Of a DNA stretch of 53,933 nt, positions 37,348 through 49,300 are shown piece by piece. The stretch is from the NCBI GenBank assembly GCA_001275005.1, contig JWZX01003251.1, forward strand, positions 1-53,933, in the 5' to 3' direction. This DNA is from Chrysochromulina tobinii (taxonomy: Eukaryota). Under the pieces are notes generated by a model. The model was not told the origin of the DNA. It searched no databases and worked only from the letters and a program-made list of their open reading frames with translations. Numbering within the stretch: position 1 is the first letter of the stretch; every line of letters starts with the position of its first letter. Both the position numbers and the translations under genes were made by a program.

Positions 37348-40300
37348 ATGCTGGCGCCCCTTGACCCGAACCAGGCCGGCTTTGGGTTCTCACCCAAGCC
37401 GCAGTATTCCACAGGTGACACGCCCCTCTGGGAGAATCCCATCTTCGCCGACGTCGTGCTCGGCCGCAGCCTCGATGACGGCAAGAGGGGCTTGCCGCCT
37501 CCGCCGAAGCTGACGGTTGGGTCACTCGTCGAGTCGATCAACCTGGTCATGTTCCAGACCCGATTTCTCTTTGAGGACCCGCAGACCGCGGGCGCGCTCA
37601 AGCAGACGCTCGGCAGGATCTACTCGGCGCTCGAGCGCGCGGCCGGGATGACCAAAACCTTTTCGGCCATTTCGGACATGTCAGGCTTCTTCGAGCTGCT
37701 CACGACCTTTGTGGCGCAGGTGAAGACGCTCACGCCTGGTGCGAGCATCATCGTGCCCGGCGGCTTCCAGGAGGGCTCGCTCAAGCGCGGCACGCACTCG
37801 CTCATGATGTACGTGCTCCACTGCGACTCATTCGAGGAGTTCACGCTCGCCATCTGCTCGACGGGCGACGGGCTCGAGTACCACCCGGCGCGGATCGACC
37901 CAGCGACGGGCGCGACGCAGTACAATTCGCCGCTGCTCCTGCGCAAGATCCCCGCGCACAAGATCCGTGACGGCTCAGTCTGGTTCGTCCTGCTGCGCGC
38001 CGCCCTCTTCCCCGACGCGAAGTACACGAGCGCGCTGCTCTACCAGACCGTGTACCCCTTCCTCAACAACCGGCCCATCCTCGCGAACCTGAGCTCGGTG
38101 GAAGCGACCGGTGGCGCGCAGCCCTCTCCTCCACCCTCCCTCCAGCAGGCCGGGCGCCCGCCGGTGCCGCCGATCCCCGCGCGTTGGCTCACGCCGCCGG
38201 CGACCGGCGACCCCTACGGACACGAGCTCGTCATGCTCGCGGCGACGGTGGCGCTCCAGCTCGCGGCGAGCGGCCAGTTTGGCGCGATGCCCCAGTACGG
38301 CGGCGGCTTCGGCGCCCCCTTTGGTGCCCCCCCGGCCGGCGGCGCGCCGCCTCTTGTGCCCTCGTACTCGTCCGACGGGGTTGAGCTGCTGCTTAAGCAG
38401 CAGCTTTTGAATCTGGGCGCGATGGACCTCAGGATGGCTCTCGAGAAGCACGGCAGTGTACCCGTCTCGGCCATCGAGCTCCTCTCCCGCGCCGCACGGC
38501 GCCTCTCCGCCTCGTCGCCGCGTCTCGCCTCTGGCGCGGCCACGCTGGCGCCATCGGACTTGCACGCGTTGCAGGGGGCTGTGGAGCGACTCGATGCGCA
38601 GCTGAACGCCGCCAAGGCCGCGGCGAACCAGCGGATGCCGCTGCCGCCGCCCGCGTCGCCTGAGCTCAAGGGCTCGGCGCTCTTCCCACTGCTCGATGAC
38701 GTGGCCGCCTCGCCGAACGTTGAGAATCTGGCGGGTGACGCGTACGAGCCACCGATCGTGATGCCGGTCGAGCTCACGGCGATCCCAGAGACGGTGGCCA
38801 ACTTTGCGGAGGTCTCGAACGCGCTGCAAAGGGCGTCCGAGGTGTGCACGATCCTCGCCAACCAGCGCGAGCTCGTGGCCGATTCGTACGCGCTCCGCGC
38901 CTCGTTGCTTGGTCACCTCTTCCTACGCGTGCTGCCGCTGCCGCTGCCCATCGGGCGTGCGGACCGCAAGATGCGCTGCTTCTGGGCCAAGTCCGGGCTG
39001 AAGATCACGCACGACACGCAAGCCGAGATCCTCCGTTGGCTCTTTGTGCTCGCGCGCCACTACTCTGCGGCCTCGCTCTCCATCCCCCTCGCGCCTCAAG
39101 CCGACGCGACGCGAATGTTGGTCTTCGCGGCCATCGTCGCGATCGCGGACGCGGTGCTGCGCCTGCGCGCGTGCGATGTGCCCTCGCACCTCTCGCTGCA
39201 CTACGCGGGCGAGAATGAGGGGCCGTCTAAGCCGTTTGCCCTCGAGATGCGCCACCTCGAGATCGAGACCGAGCGCGCGCAGTTCCCGTACCCGCACCTG
39301 GCCGCCTCGCGCACCATCCTTCTCGACTACTTCCGCTCGTGCTCGGTTGCGGCGTCTCCGGATCGGCACATCTTCCGCTTCGAGCGCACGATGGGGCTGG
39401 GCGAGGGCGAGCGCCAGCTGCTCACGCAGCTCTGCGCGCAGCTCGCCTTCCTTCGCACCGACAAGCACCTGTCCGCGTACCTCTCGAACGAAGATCCGAG
39501 CCTCGCCGAGCTCTACCCGGAACTGCTCGCTTTCCGCGACATCGTGTACCTGTGCAAGCTCATGACAGCGCCGTCTGCGGACAACCTGCCCGAGCTGCGC
39601 GCATGGACGCCCGCTGACGCGCGCCTCTCGTGGCGCTTCAAGGAGGGCACCCCCCCGGAGGAGCCCAAGAAGGGGGGCAGCAAGAAGGCGGCCTCGACCC
39701 CCCCCTCACCGGTGAGTTCATCGTGACCGGCTTCGGCGCCGAGATGAAGTCGATGACGTGGGTCGATTCCACAGGCGAGTACGCGGCCGCCAAGAATAAG
39801 TCGTTCCTCGACCGTCTGCTCGGCAAGGGTGGCTTCCGTCCGCGCCTGCCTCCCTCGTCCGCGGAGGCGAGCGTCCTCGCGGGCGCCAAGGTCGACACCG
39901 AGGATGACGTGCTGCACCTCCGCCACCTGCCGGATTTCGGGGGGGCGCTGCGCGCCTCGGATGTGGAGTACATGCTTCAGGCGCTGCTCGCTCCCTATTT
40001 GCGCGTGCCGCTGCTGCTTCGGTTCTTCGCCGACCCCATGCGCACTTCGGCCCTCGCAAAGCCCGAGCTGCAGCAGATGCTCGATGCGGCGCTGTACGAG
40101 CCCGGCGAGTGGCATCCCGATGTGCCCAAGGTGGCGCCGACGACGGTGCCCACCATGGATCGCTCGGTGCTCGCGACGCCCGCGGGCTTGCTCTTCAATG
40201 AGCTCACGCACTCGCCCGCCGCCTCGGTCGCCGCGATCGTCACCATCGTCGAGAACGCACTCGACCTCGATGCTGGTCGTTACGTCAAGGCGGGCTCGTC

Positions 40301-43300
40301 CTCGGCCATCCTGTACGCCATCCGGCTCGCTTGCCGCATCGAGGCGTTCCTCACGTACCTCCTCTCGCCAAAGGCGGATGAGGTCCGTGGGCTGCGCATG
40401 ATGAGCACGGCGGACTTTGGAGGCGTTTCGCCGGCCAAGACGAAGCTCCTGGCCGCGGCGAACACACTGCGCCGCAAGCTCATGGACCACGGCCTGCCTG
40501 TGCTGCAGGGCTGGTACGCGCGGCTGCGGCGCGATGGCATGTCCCGCGACGCGTGCACCGTGGCCGCACACATGGCCTTCATCTACGGCGACTACCCGGC
40601 CGTCAACGACACGCCCGCTGCGGCGCTCAAGACCGAGCCACTCCCTGGCACGCCGGAGGCGGCGGCGGCGGCGGCGGCGGGCGAGCCGTGTCCGGTGGAC
40701 GCGCGCTTCACGATGATGATGCTCTCGACGCGCGTGTTCCTCAACGTGAACCACGACTTCGAGATCGAGCCTGATGTGATGACGGGCTTGATGGGCGCGA
40801 GGACGCGCAAGGACCGTAAGCGCAAGGTGGAGGTCTCTGCCATGATGAACACCGCCATGGGTGAGCTCGGCTACGCGCCGCTCGATGTCTTCGACCTTTG
40901 GCAGCGCCACCTGCATCGCGTGCTCGCGTGGCTCAAGGCTAACCCCGAGCAGGCGTCCGACATCATGGAAGCCATCGTGCGGCTGCTCTCGGGTCGGGAC
41001 AAGGGCATCAAGACGCAGGGCGGCACTCGCCTCGTCACACGCGAGTGGGCGTCCATGAAGTTCACCGGCTGCGACGGCCGCTACATGCCCAACTCGGCGG
41101 CCACGGTGGCCAACCCCGCTCGCGCGGCCGTCGCGCGTGCGGGCTGGGGCTCGGAGAACGACGCGGAGGCCGACGCAGCGGCCAGAAGTGGCGGTTACGT
41201 CGCGTGGCTGCGTGTCAAGGTGTCCGCGGCTGCGGAGACGGAGATCAACGTGCAGCTCGGCGAGATGACCCTCAAGCGCCACCACATGCAGCTTCTGGAC
41301 GCGAGCGTGTGCGCACACCCCGACTTTGCAGCCGTCTTCGGTGACACCTCGACGCGCGGCCGCCATCAGTGCGCCGAGGTGAAGCGCTCGCAACGGCGCC
41401 GTTGGATGCGGCTGCTCGGCACGCGGCACGACGTCCAGATTTGGGATGCCGACGACCGCCCGCCCCCTTCGCCCGGCACGGCGTTGGTATCGGGGCTGCT
41501 CGCGCAATGGCTTGAGGAGACCCTCCGGCCGATCAAGGTGGCGGTGCCGTTGCTGGCCCACCCCGAGGCCCCGAGGCTTAACCTCGTCGAGGCGCACGAT
41601 ACGTATGCGAAGCTCTCCGTCGTCGTCGAAGGCGTCCTCAAGGAGCTCGTGATCTATCGATTCCCTGCCGTATTGAACGTGTTCAACGTGACCGAGCACG
41701 GGCGAAAGTGGGTTCGTGAGCTCGTGTACACCTCCGACACGGCGCGCTGCTACGGCGACCCGATCGCGGGCGGCGGCTTTCAGGGCGCCGTGGTGCGCAA
41801 GCCTCGTCCGCACTGGACGGCGGGCGATATGGCCGTGAGATCAGAGCCGCAGTCGACGCTCGTCATCATGCGCCAAGCGGCCAATGTCCAGGCGAACGCG
41901 CCGAATGCGACGCAGATCTTCGTGCCCACCCGGCAGCTCAACGGCATGATGCCCGAGGCTCTCCTCTCCCAATACCTCTTCTGGCGCGACTCGGCTGGTC
42001 AGACGCTCGTGGGCCACCCGATGCCAAAGGGCGACGAGGAGCAGGACTACACTGGGAAGGTCGTCGCCAAGGCCGAAGCGGCCAATGCCGCCGGCGGCGC
42101 GAGCGGCGCCGCCGCCGCCGGATCGCCAGAGCGCCCGATGCCAAAGGGTGATTCGAGCCAAAACCAACGGCTGCACCTCGCGGGCAAGGAAGAGGTCACG
42201 GTCACTTGCCAACGGGGTGGCTCCGTGATCCGTCGCACGCTGTGCGACGAGAAAGGCTCTCCGATCGCAGGCGAGTCCCGCCGACTCATCTCGACCCTCG
42301 GGGTGGACGCCTCGTCGCCCTATGGAAAGATGGTCGCGCTCCTCGAGAGGGTCGAAGACCTCGCGCACGTCCTCGTCTGGTCCCTGCCCCAAAAGGAGAT
42401 CGTGGACACCGCCAACAACCCGTTTGCGAAGGCGAGCCAGGCCATCGAGGCGGCCGCGACCGACACCCCCAGCGACAGCATGGCGGCAAACCCCTTTGCC
42501 AGCATGGCGGCCTCGGTGAGCAAGGGCGTCGCGGCCATCGCAGAGCAAGTCCAAGGCCCCGACAGTGAAGTGCCCGTCGGCCTCATCGAGCTACCTCGGC
42601 TCAATCTCGCCTTCGAGGCGAAAAAAGGACCCGACGGCCTCGTGCGCATGTACTCACGTGAGAACCCCGGCCTGTACATAGGGACGCTCGAGGGACCGCG
42701 CGCCTCGCACCTGCTCTCGGGACTGCCGCACGCCCTCGTGCTGCTCAACGAGGAGGGCGATGCCTCGGTGCTCCTCTCGGCGCTCGCCAAACCGATCCGG
42801 CTGGCCGACCCCGATTCGGCCCTCTCGGCGCAGATGCTGCTTGCACGCGCCTCCAAGAAATGGCTTTCGAACCTGCCGACCGTCACGCACTTTCTGTACA
42901 GCGTGCACCGCTCGCAAGCCTTCTTGACGCCGCCCACGCTATCGGCCACCCTCAACCTGCTCGTGCTCAAGTGGCTGGCGCGCGACTTCGAAGCGGTATT
43001 CCACTTGGCGCCCGCGTGCGCCGTCGACGGCGCCCTCTCGCCCGACGAGCTCCAGCTGTGGCAATGCGTGATGGCGCTCGAGGACGACGTCGAGCCCGAG
43101 GCGCACGCGTGCCGCCTTCGTCTCTCCCTCGCGACGCGATCGTGTGCGGCCATGGTGGCCGAGATCAATTGGACGGTGCCTCAGCAGCTCGCCCTCTACC
43201 TGAACAAGCTCCAGTTCATACCGGCGTCATGCCAGCTTGCGGCGCCCGACGAGCTCATCCTGCTGCGTGACTATGGCGCCGAGCTGCCCGAGACGCGCGC

Positions 43301-46300
43301 GCGCATCGCCTTCCTCGACGCCGCGATCGATGCGACGCTCGCCAAGGAGGCAAGCGCCAACAACCCCTTCATGGCGGGCCAGATGCCCGCACCCACCCTC
43401 CAAGCCAACTACCCCGCGCGTCCCAAGTACGTCGAGTTCGACGTCCAGATGGACGCCCCTGCGCTGATCATGGCCCCCGAGGCACTCGCCGGCTGGCAGA
43501 AGAAGCTCTCGTCCATGTCGTACTCTCGGCCGGATGAGGAGACGGGCTTGAAGGCGCTCAAGGTGATCTCCGACTGGCTGCGGCCAGACGTGATCCGACT
43601 GGACTCGGACTCGAAGGGCTTCTGGCTGCTGTACGAGATGTTCACGAGCTCGATCAATCTCAAGATCCTGATGGACGACTCGACGTTCGCGCTCGGCTCG
43701 CTGCTGCTTCGGCTCGCGGCCAAGGGCGCAGGCGATGAGCTCCTCCCCATTTTACGACTGATGGAGACCAACCAGGCGTTTGCCAACGAGATGCCCAAGT
43801 TCAAGGACACGCGGAGCAAGGGCATGATCACGGGCACGATGTTCAAGGGCAAGGCCGGCAAGGGCATGCCCGAGGAGATCCACAAGGCGCTGACCAACCT
43901 GCTGCCGCGCCTGCCCGGCGGTGGCAAGTTTCTGGAGTACCCGCTGTACTCGCCGCCTCAATCGGTGCCCATGCCGGCGCTCCGCGATCTGCGCACCATC
44001 CACCGCACGTGGCTCAACCCGACAAGCCTCGGCTTCATGCAAGAGCAGCGCCCAGTGCCCCCCGCCTTCCTCGCCGCCGCCGCGCCGGGCGCCCTCGCGT
44101 CGCTTGTGCTCGCGCCTCTGGACCCGATGAGCTTCATCAGCCAGGCGGCTGCGGCCGGCGCAGGCGGCACCGCCCCCGCGCGGCCGCCGACCTTAACGGT
44201 CGAGCGCCACCCGTCGGCCACGACGGTCGTTGCGCGTAAGATGAACAAGCGCATCCTCGAGGACCTGCAGTGGTTCTTCGCCCAGGGCAACTCCTCTGGC
44301 CCGCCGAGGCTCTTGACGTTCGAGGTGGATATGGGCACCGGCTTCGGCGGCCAGCTGCCCCCCGTCGCCGACTTGCAGGCACGCGAGAATCTCGTCAAGC
44401 GGCTTTTGGCGGCGCTCGAGCAGTTGTACAAGCAAGACATGAAGAGCGCCGATGAGCAGTTCCCTCACGTGCAGGCGCTCGTGATCGAGGGCGGCGCGAG
44501 CGCGCCCGAGGCCGTGCGGCGCGCGCGTGCCCTCGCGCAGCTGGCCGGTTGCGAGCTGCGCCCCTCGATGGAGCTGCTGTGCGCCCTCCTCATGAGCACG
44601 CAGGCGGAGGCGGAGATCAAGGTGCTCAACCCTCTGCTGAGCGATGCGGAGGTGGAGCAAGTCTTCTCGGCGCTCACGGCGCTGCTACTCCTCTACTCGC
44701 GCGCTCAGCTGCTCTCTCGGGCGATCGTGCTGTGCAAGAAGCTCGTCGACTCTCTCGCGGCGCTCGTGCGGGAAGCAAGCCGCGGCGGCAAGCCGGCGCC
44801 TGAGGCGCTCGCGCTCGCGGCAGACGCGCAGGCAATCGGTGACCAACTCGGCGCGATGATCTCCACCCGACGCGCGCACATGCAGCTGCCCGGCGCCAGC
44901 ACCCCCGGCGCGCCGGCGCCCACAGCTCGGCTCGACCCGCGGATCTTGGTCTTCGAGTTCTGCGCGGGGATCGTGCTCCGTCCACCGCAGGTGCACCTGC
45001 TAGATAAGCTCGTGCGCTGCGCCCGCTCGGGCGGCTCGGTGTGCCACCAGATGCTCATGGGCGAGGGCAAGACCACGACGGTCTCGCCTCTTCTCGCTCT
45101 CATGCTCGCTGATGGCACGCAGCTTGTGATGCAGGTGGTGCCCGCGCCTCTGCTGCGCTTTACGCTGCAGGTGATGCGCGGCGTCTTTCGCTCCGGGCCA
45201 CTTCGCAAGACGGTCGCCACCTTCGCCTTCGACCGGCGCACCGTGGTGGATGAGAACCTGCTGCTCGCCGCGCACCTCGCAATCCAGCAGGGCGCCATCA
45301 TGGTCTCGACGCCCGCGTCGGTCAAGGCCTTCCTGCTCAAGCTGCTCGAGCTGCTCCACCTACTCGACACGGGGCAGTACCCTCGCATGCACATGTCGCT
45401 CGGCCAAAAGGCGCGAAAGCTCTTCGGCTTCAAAGTGCCGCCCGAGGCGGGCTTTGACAAGCCCTTTCTCAAGGCGCAGGCGGCACGCGCGGTGCAGATG
45501 CTCCAATACTGGCGCGGCGCCGTCGCGGTCATCGACGAGGTCGACATCGTGCTCCATCCCCTGAAGAGTGAGCTCAACTGGCCCCTGGGCGACCGCCATC
45601 CGCTCGATTTCAACCCTACGCGCTGGGAGATGCCGTGGTATCTGCTCAACGGGCTCCTGATGGCCGTCGACTGGAAGAATGACGCGAGCGCCGCTTCGCC
45701 TACCGGTACGTCTGGCGGCACGTCGGTGGGCGGCAAGGAGGCGACCGTGCTGGAGCGGCTGCACCATGCCATCAACACAGGCCTCCAACAGCGCGTGATG
45801 CAACGCGTGCCGCACGTCATCCTGCTCTCCGACATGTTCTACGTGAACACGCTCAAGCCGATCCTGGCCGACTGGCTGATGCTCTATCTGCGCAAGAATG
45901 GTCTGCGCGACGTGACCGACGAGCAGGCGATCAAGTGCCTGCTCAATGGCAAGATCACCGTCCAGGTGCAGTCGGCCCTCTCAGACCGTCACGTCAAGAT
46001 GCTCAACTTGGGCTGCGATTGGCTCGGGTTCCTCATGCCGCACGTGATCCGCAAGATCTCCCGTGTGCATTATGGGCTGCTCAAGCCTCAGGAGATGGCG
46101 AAGATGAAGGCGGAGGGCGGGCTCCCGCGATCTCGCCGCTATCTCGCCGTCCCCTTTGTTGGCAAGGACGCGCCTTCGCACGCCTCCGAGTTCGCGCACC
46201 CGGACGTGGCAATCGGGCTCACGATCCTCGCCTACCGGTACGAGGGTCTGCGCCTGCTCGACTTCGGGCCCGCTCTGCAGCTGCTCCGGCAGGTGCTCAG

Positions 46301-49300
46301 CGAGGAGGCGGGCCCCATGCTCAAGCGCCCCTCGTCGATCATGTGGATTCAGTGGATGGGTGCCGTAGGGCGCAAGGTCCGAGGCACTAAGAAGCTCGAG
46401 GATAATGAAACCGCGGCTGGACGGCTCCAACAAGCGGCCGCCGGCGCGGCGGGCACGACGGCGCCCGCCACGGCGAGGAAGGCGTCCAAGTCGATCGACC
46501 TCAACAAGGACGGCATGGTGGACTCGATGGAGCGTGGGCACGCGCTCGACGCCGTCGTGGGCGTCGACGTGTCGGAGGGCTCGACGGACATTTTGCCGTT
46601 GCACCTGCTCGATGTGAGCGACGTCGAGTACATGGCGATGCTCTACGAGCTGCTCAGCCGGAAGCCTGAGCCGATCAAGTTTTATCTCGAGGAGCTCGTG
46701 TTCCCCGACACGACGGCGCATCAGCCGATGAAGCTCTCCGCCAACGGCCAGGATGTGGGCGGCGCGATGCTCTTCTCGCGACGCATCGGCTTCTCGGGAA
46801 CCCCTTCGGGGCTGCTGCCACTCGAGATGGGCGACTGCGTCTACTCGATGGGAGACGACGCCAAGATGCTCAAAACGCTCACCGACCCGCTCATCGTCTC
46901 GCAGCAGTTCATGCCGGCCGCGTGGGACGTGCCGACGCTCCTCGAGGCCGTGGTCGCGCATCAGCCGCCCGCGCATGCCCTCATCGACACGGGCGCGCTC
47001 GTGACCGGCATGTCGAACCTGGATGTGGCCCACTTCTTGCTCAAACGACTGCCCGCGGACAAGTACGATGGCGTCGTGTACCTCGAGCCGGGCGGGCACA
47101 AGAAGATCCTGCTGCGCGGCACCGCGGGCGCCTCCTCGACGATGGACATGGAGCGGTGCGGACTTCCCAAGGAGCGCCGCTTTTCGTTCTTTGACCAGGT
47201 GCACACGACGGGCATGGACATTCCCCAGGGCGCGAGTGCGTGCGCCATCCTGACGCTCGGGAAGGACATGGTGTGGCGTGACTACGCCCAGGGCGCGTAC
47301 CGCATGCGCGGCATCGGCAAAGGGCAGACGATCCTCCTCTTCGTCATCCCTGAGGTGCAGCGGCTCATGGCGTCCGAGACGGCCCTGGGCGCAGGCACCA
47401 CGCGCGACGTGCGTGCGGCGCAGATCGCGGCTCTCCCGGAGCAAGAGCGACGTCGACAGGAGCTCGAAGCTGTGGCGAGCTGGCTCGTCATCAACTCGAT
47501 GAAGAGTGAGCGCGTGCAGTTCGAGCTCTGGTGCCTGCACTGCTCCCAGAATGTGTGGCGCAAGAAGGCAAAGAATGGTCTCGTCGCGGGCCACGCCAAC
47601 TTTTCGGATGCGCGCGAGGGCAAGGGCGCGTCGGCTTTGGAGCGGCGCATGCTCGAAGTCTTCCGGGAGGGTGTCGAGCGGGACATTAGCAACTCGGTGC
47701 CTGTGGCCACGGACACGCGCCAGACGATCGCTTCGCTCGCGCAGCAATACGCCGAGCTGTGCGACGAGATGCACGAGATCAAGGCCATTGAGTCTGTGCA
47801 GGCGATGCTCGCCGGGTACGCGCCCGAGCTTGACGTCCCTACCGAGTCGCACACCGAGAAGGCCAACGAAGCCGCCGCCTTCGACCAAGAGCAGGAGCAA
47901 GAGCAAGAGCAAGGTACGATCGGCTCCTTGCCGCCTTCTCTGTTCCTGCCTTATTTCTCTGTGCTCGCCTTCTCTGTGCTCGCCTGCTCTGTGCTCGCCT
48001 GTTCTGTGCCTGCCTGCTCTGTGCTCGCCTGCTCTGCTATGCCTGCTCTGCGCTGCCTGCTCTTCGAGCGCACCCTGCACCACGGATGATGAGCAATGTC
48101 CTCCAAGATCGCTACGGCCAATCGGATGCTGCCCCCCTCGGGCGGCCGACGAAGAAGGGCGTGTGCTCTGACGAACCTGACGAACCTGACGAGAAGAAGG
48201 GCGTTTGCTCTGACGGCTGGCCGCCCGTCTTCTTGTCACCCTTGCTCTTGACGCACCCCCCTGAGCCCACCTTCCCGCCTGTGCCTCCCGCCACGCAGAG
48301 CAAGAGAAGGAGCAGCAGCAGGAGCAGCAGAAGGAGCAGGAGCAGGAACAGGAGCAGGAGGACGAGGAGTATAAGAAGGAGAAGTACACGCGCGAGGAGG
48401 AGTTTGGCAAGGTGTGGGAGCTCGCGGCGCTGGCCCAGAACCCGCCCAAGCAGGACGTGCTCGGCTTCTTCCAGGTGTCCGAGTTCTCGGTGCACCGCTC
48501 GTTCCTCAACCAAAAGGGGCCGCTGCGCTGGCCCAATTACCTGCAGTTCTCGTCCGACCACACGCACCCACGCTGGCGCTTCCAAGGGCACCATCGGCTC
48601 AAGAACATAATCGCCGTCATGGAGTGGGCGCCCGACGTGGCTGCGGCTGCGAAGAGTAGCTCAACCTACACTGGCGGCGCCGCCGGAGGCGGCGCGGCGA
48701 TGGCGGCGCTCACCGACGGGCAACGCCAGCGGCTCTCCCGCGTCTTCCAGATGTATGTGCCGAGTGGCTGAAGGACGTTTTGAGTGCCACTGAGTGAGCT
48801 TCTGAGTGCCTCCGATGGCCTCCCTCGTCAGGTACGATGCCGAGGGCCGAGGCGCGCTCGGCGAGCAGCGGCTGCGCACCATCCTGTCCGACATGGGTCT
48901 TGAGCCCGAGACGGTCGCGGCCGAGAAGCTCGCAATCGAGGCGCTCTTTAGCAGCCTGCGCGCCTCAGGCGCCATGAACTGCGACCCGAGCAACGGCGAG
49001 CTCCGTGTGCCCAGCATGGAGTTCCTGCGCGTCATGCAGGCGCAGGAGTTCCTCGTGGGCGAGATGGGCCGGTACTGGGTCGCCCTCTCGCTCCGTGAGG
49101 CGGAGACGCTGCGCGGTGCGCTCCACGCGGCCATGGACGGCGAGACGGCGCTCGTGCCCAATAGCAAGGTGGCCGTTGGGCTGCGCATCGGCGACCTGCT
49201 GCTCGATGCCGTGGGCGGCGCAAAGGGCGACACGGACGGGCGACCCGACGACTACCACCAACCGCCGCGCCTGCAGCTGCAGAGCGCCGTGCAGGCGTTC

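Noticed and set aside
39712..39774. Consensus-looking intron CCG|GTGAGT...CCACAG|G as a fix for the frameshift
   Set aside because: 63 nt is a multiple of 3 and does not restore the frame. A 32-nt alternative would, but it is far shorter than the other introns and has no pyrimidine tract.
45981..48536. Long antisense ORFs (851 aa here; also 39513-41813, 21329-22927, 31556-32812 and others)
   Set aside because: Shadow ORFs caused by high GC3 on the coding strand; no recognisable motifs.
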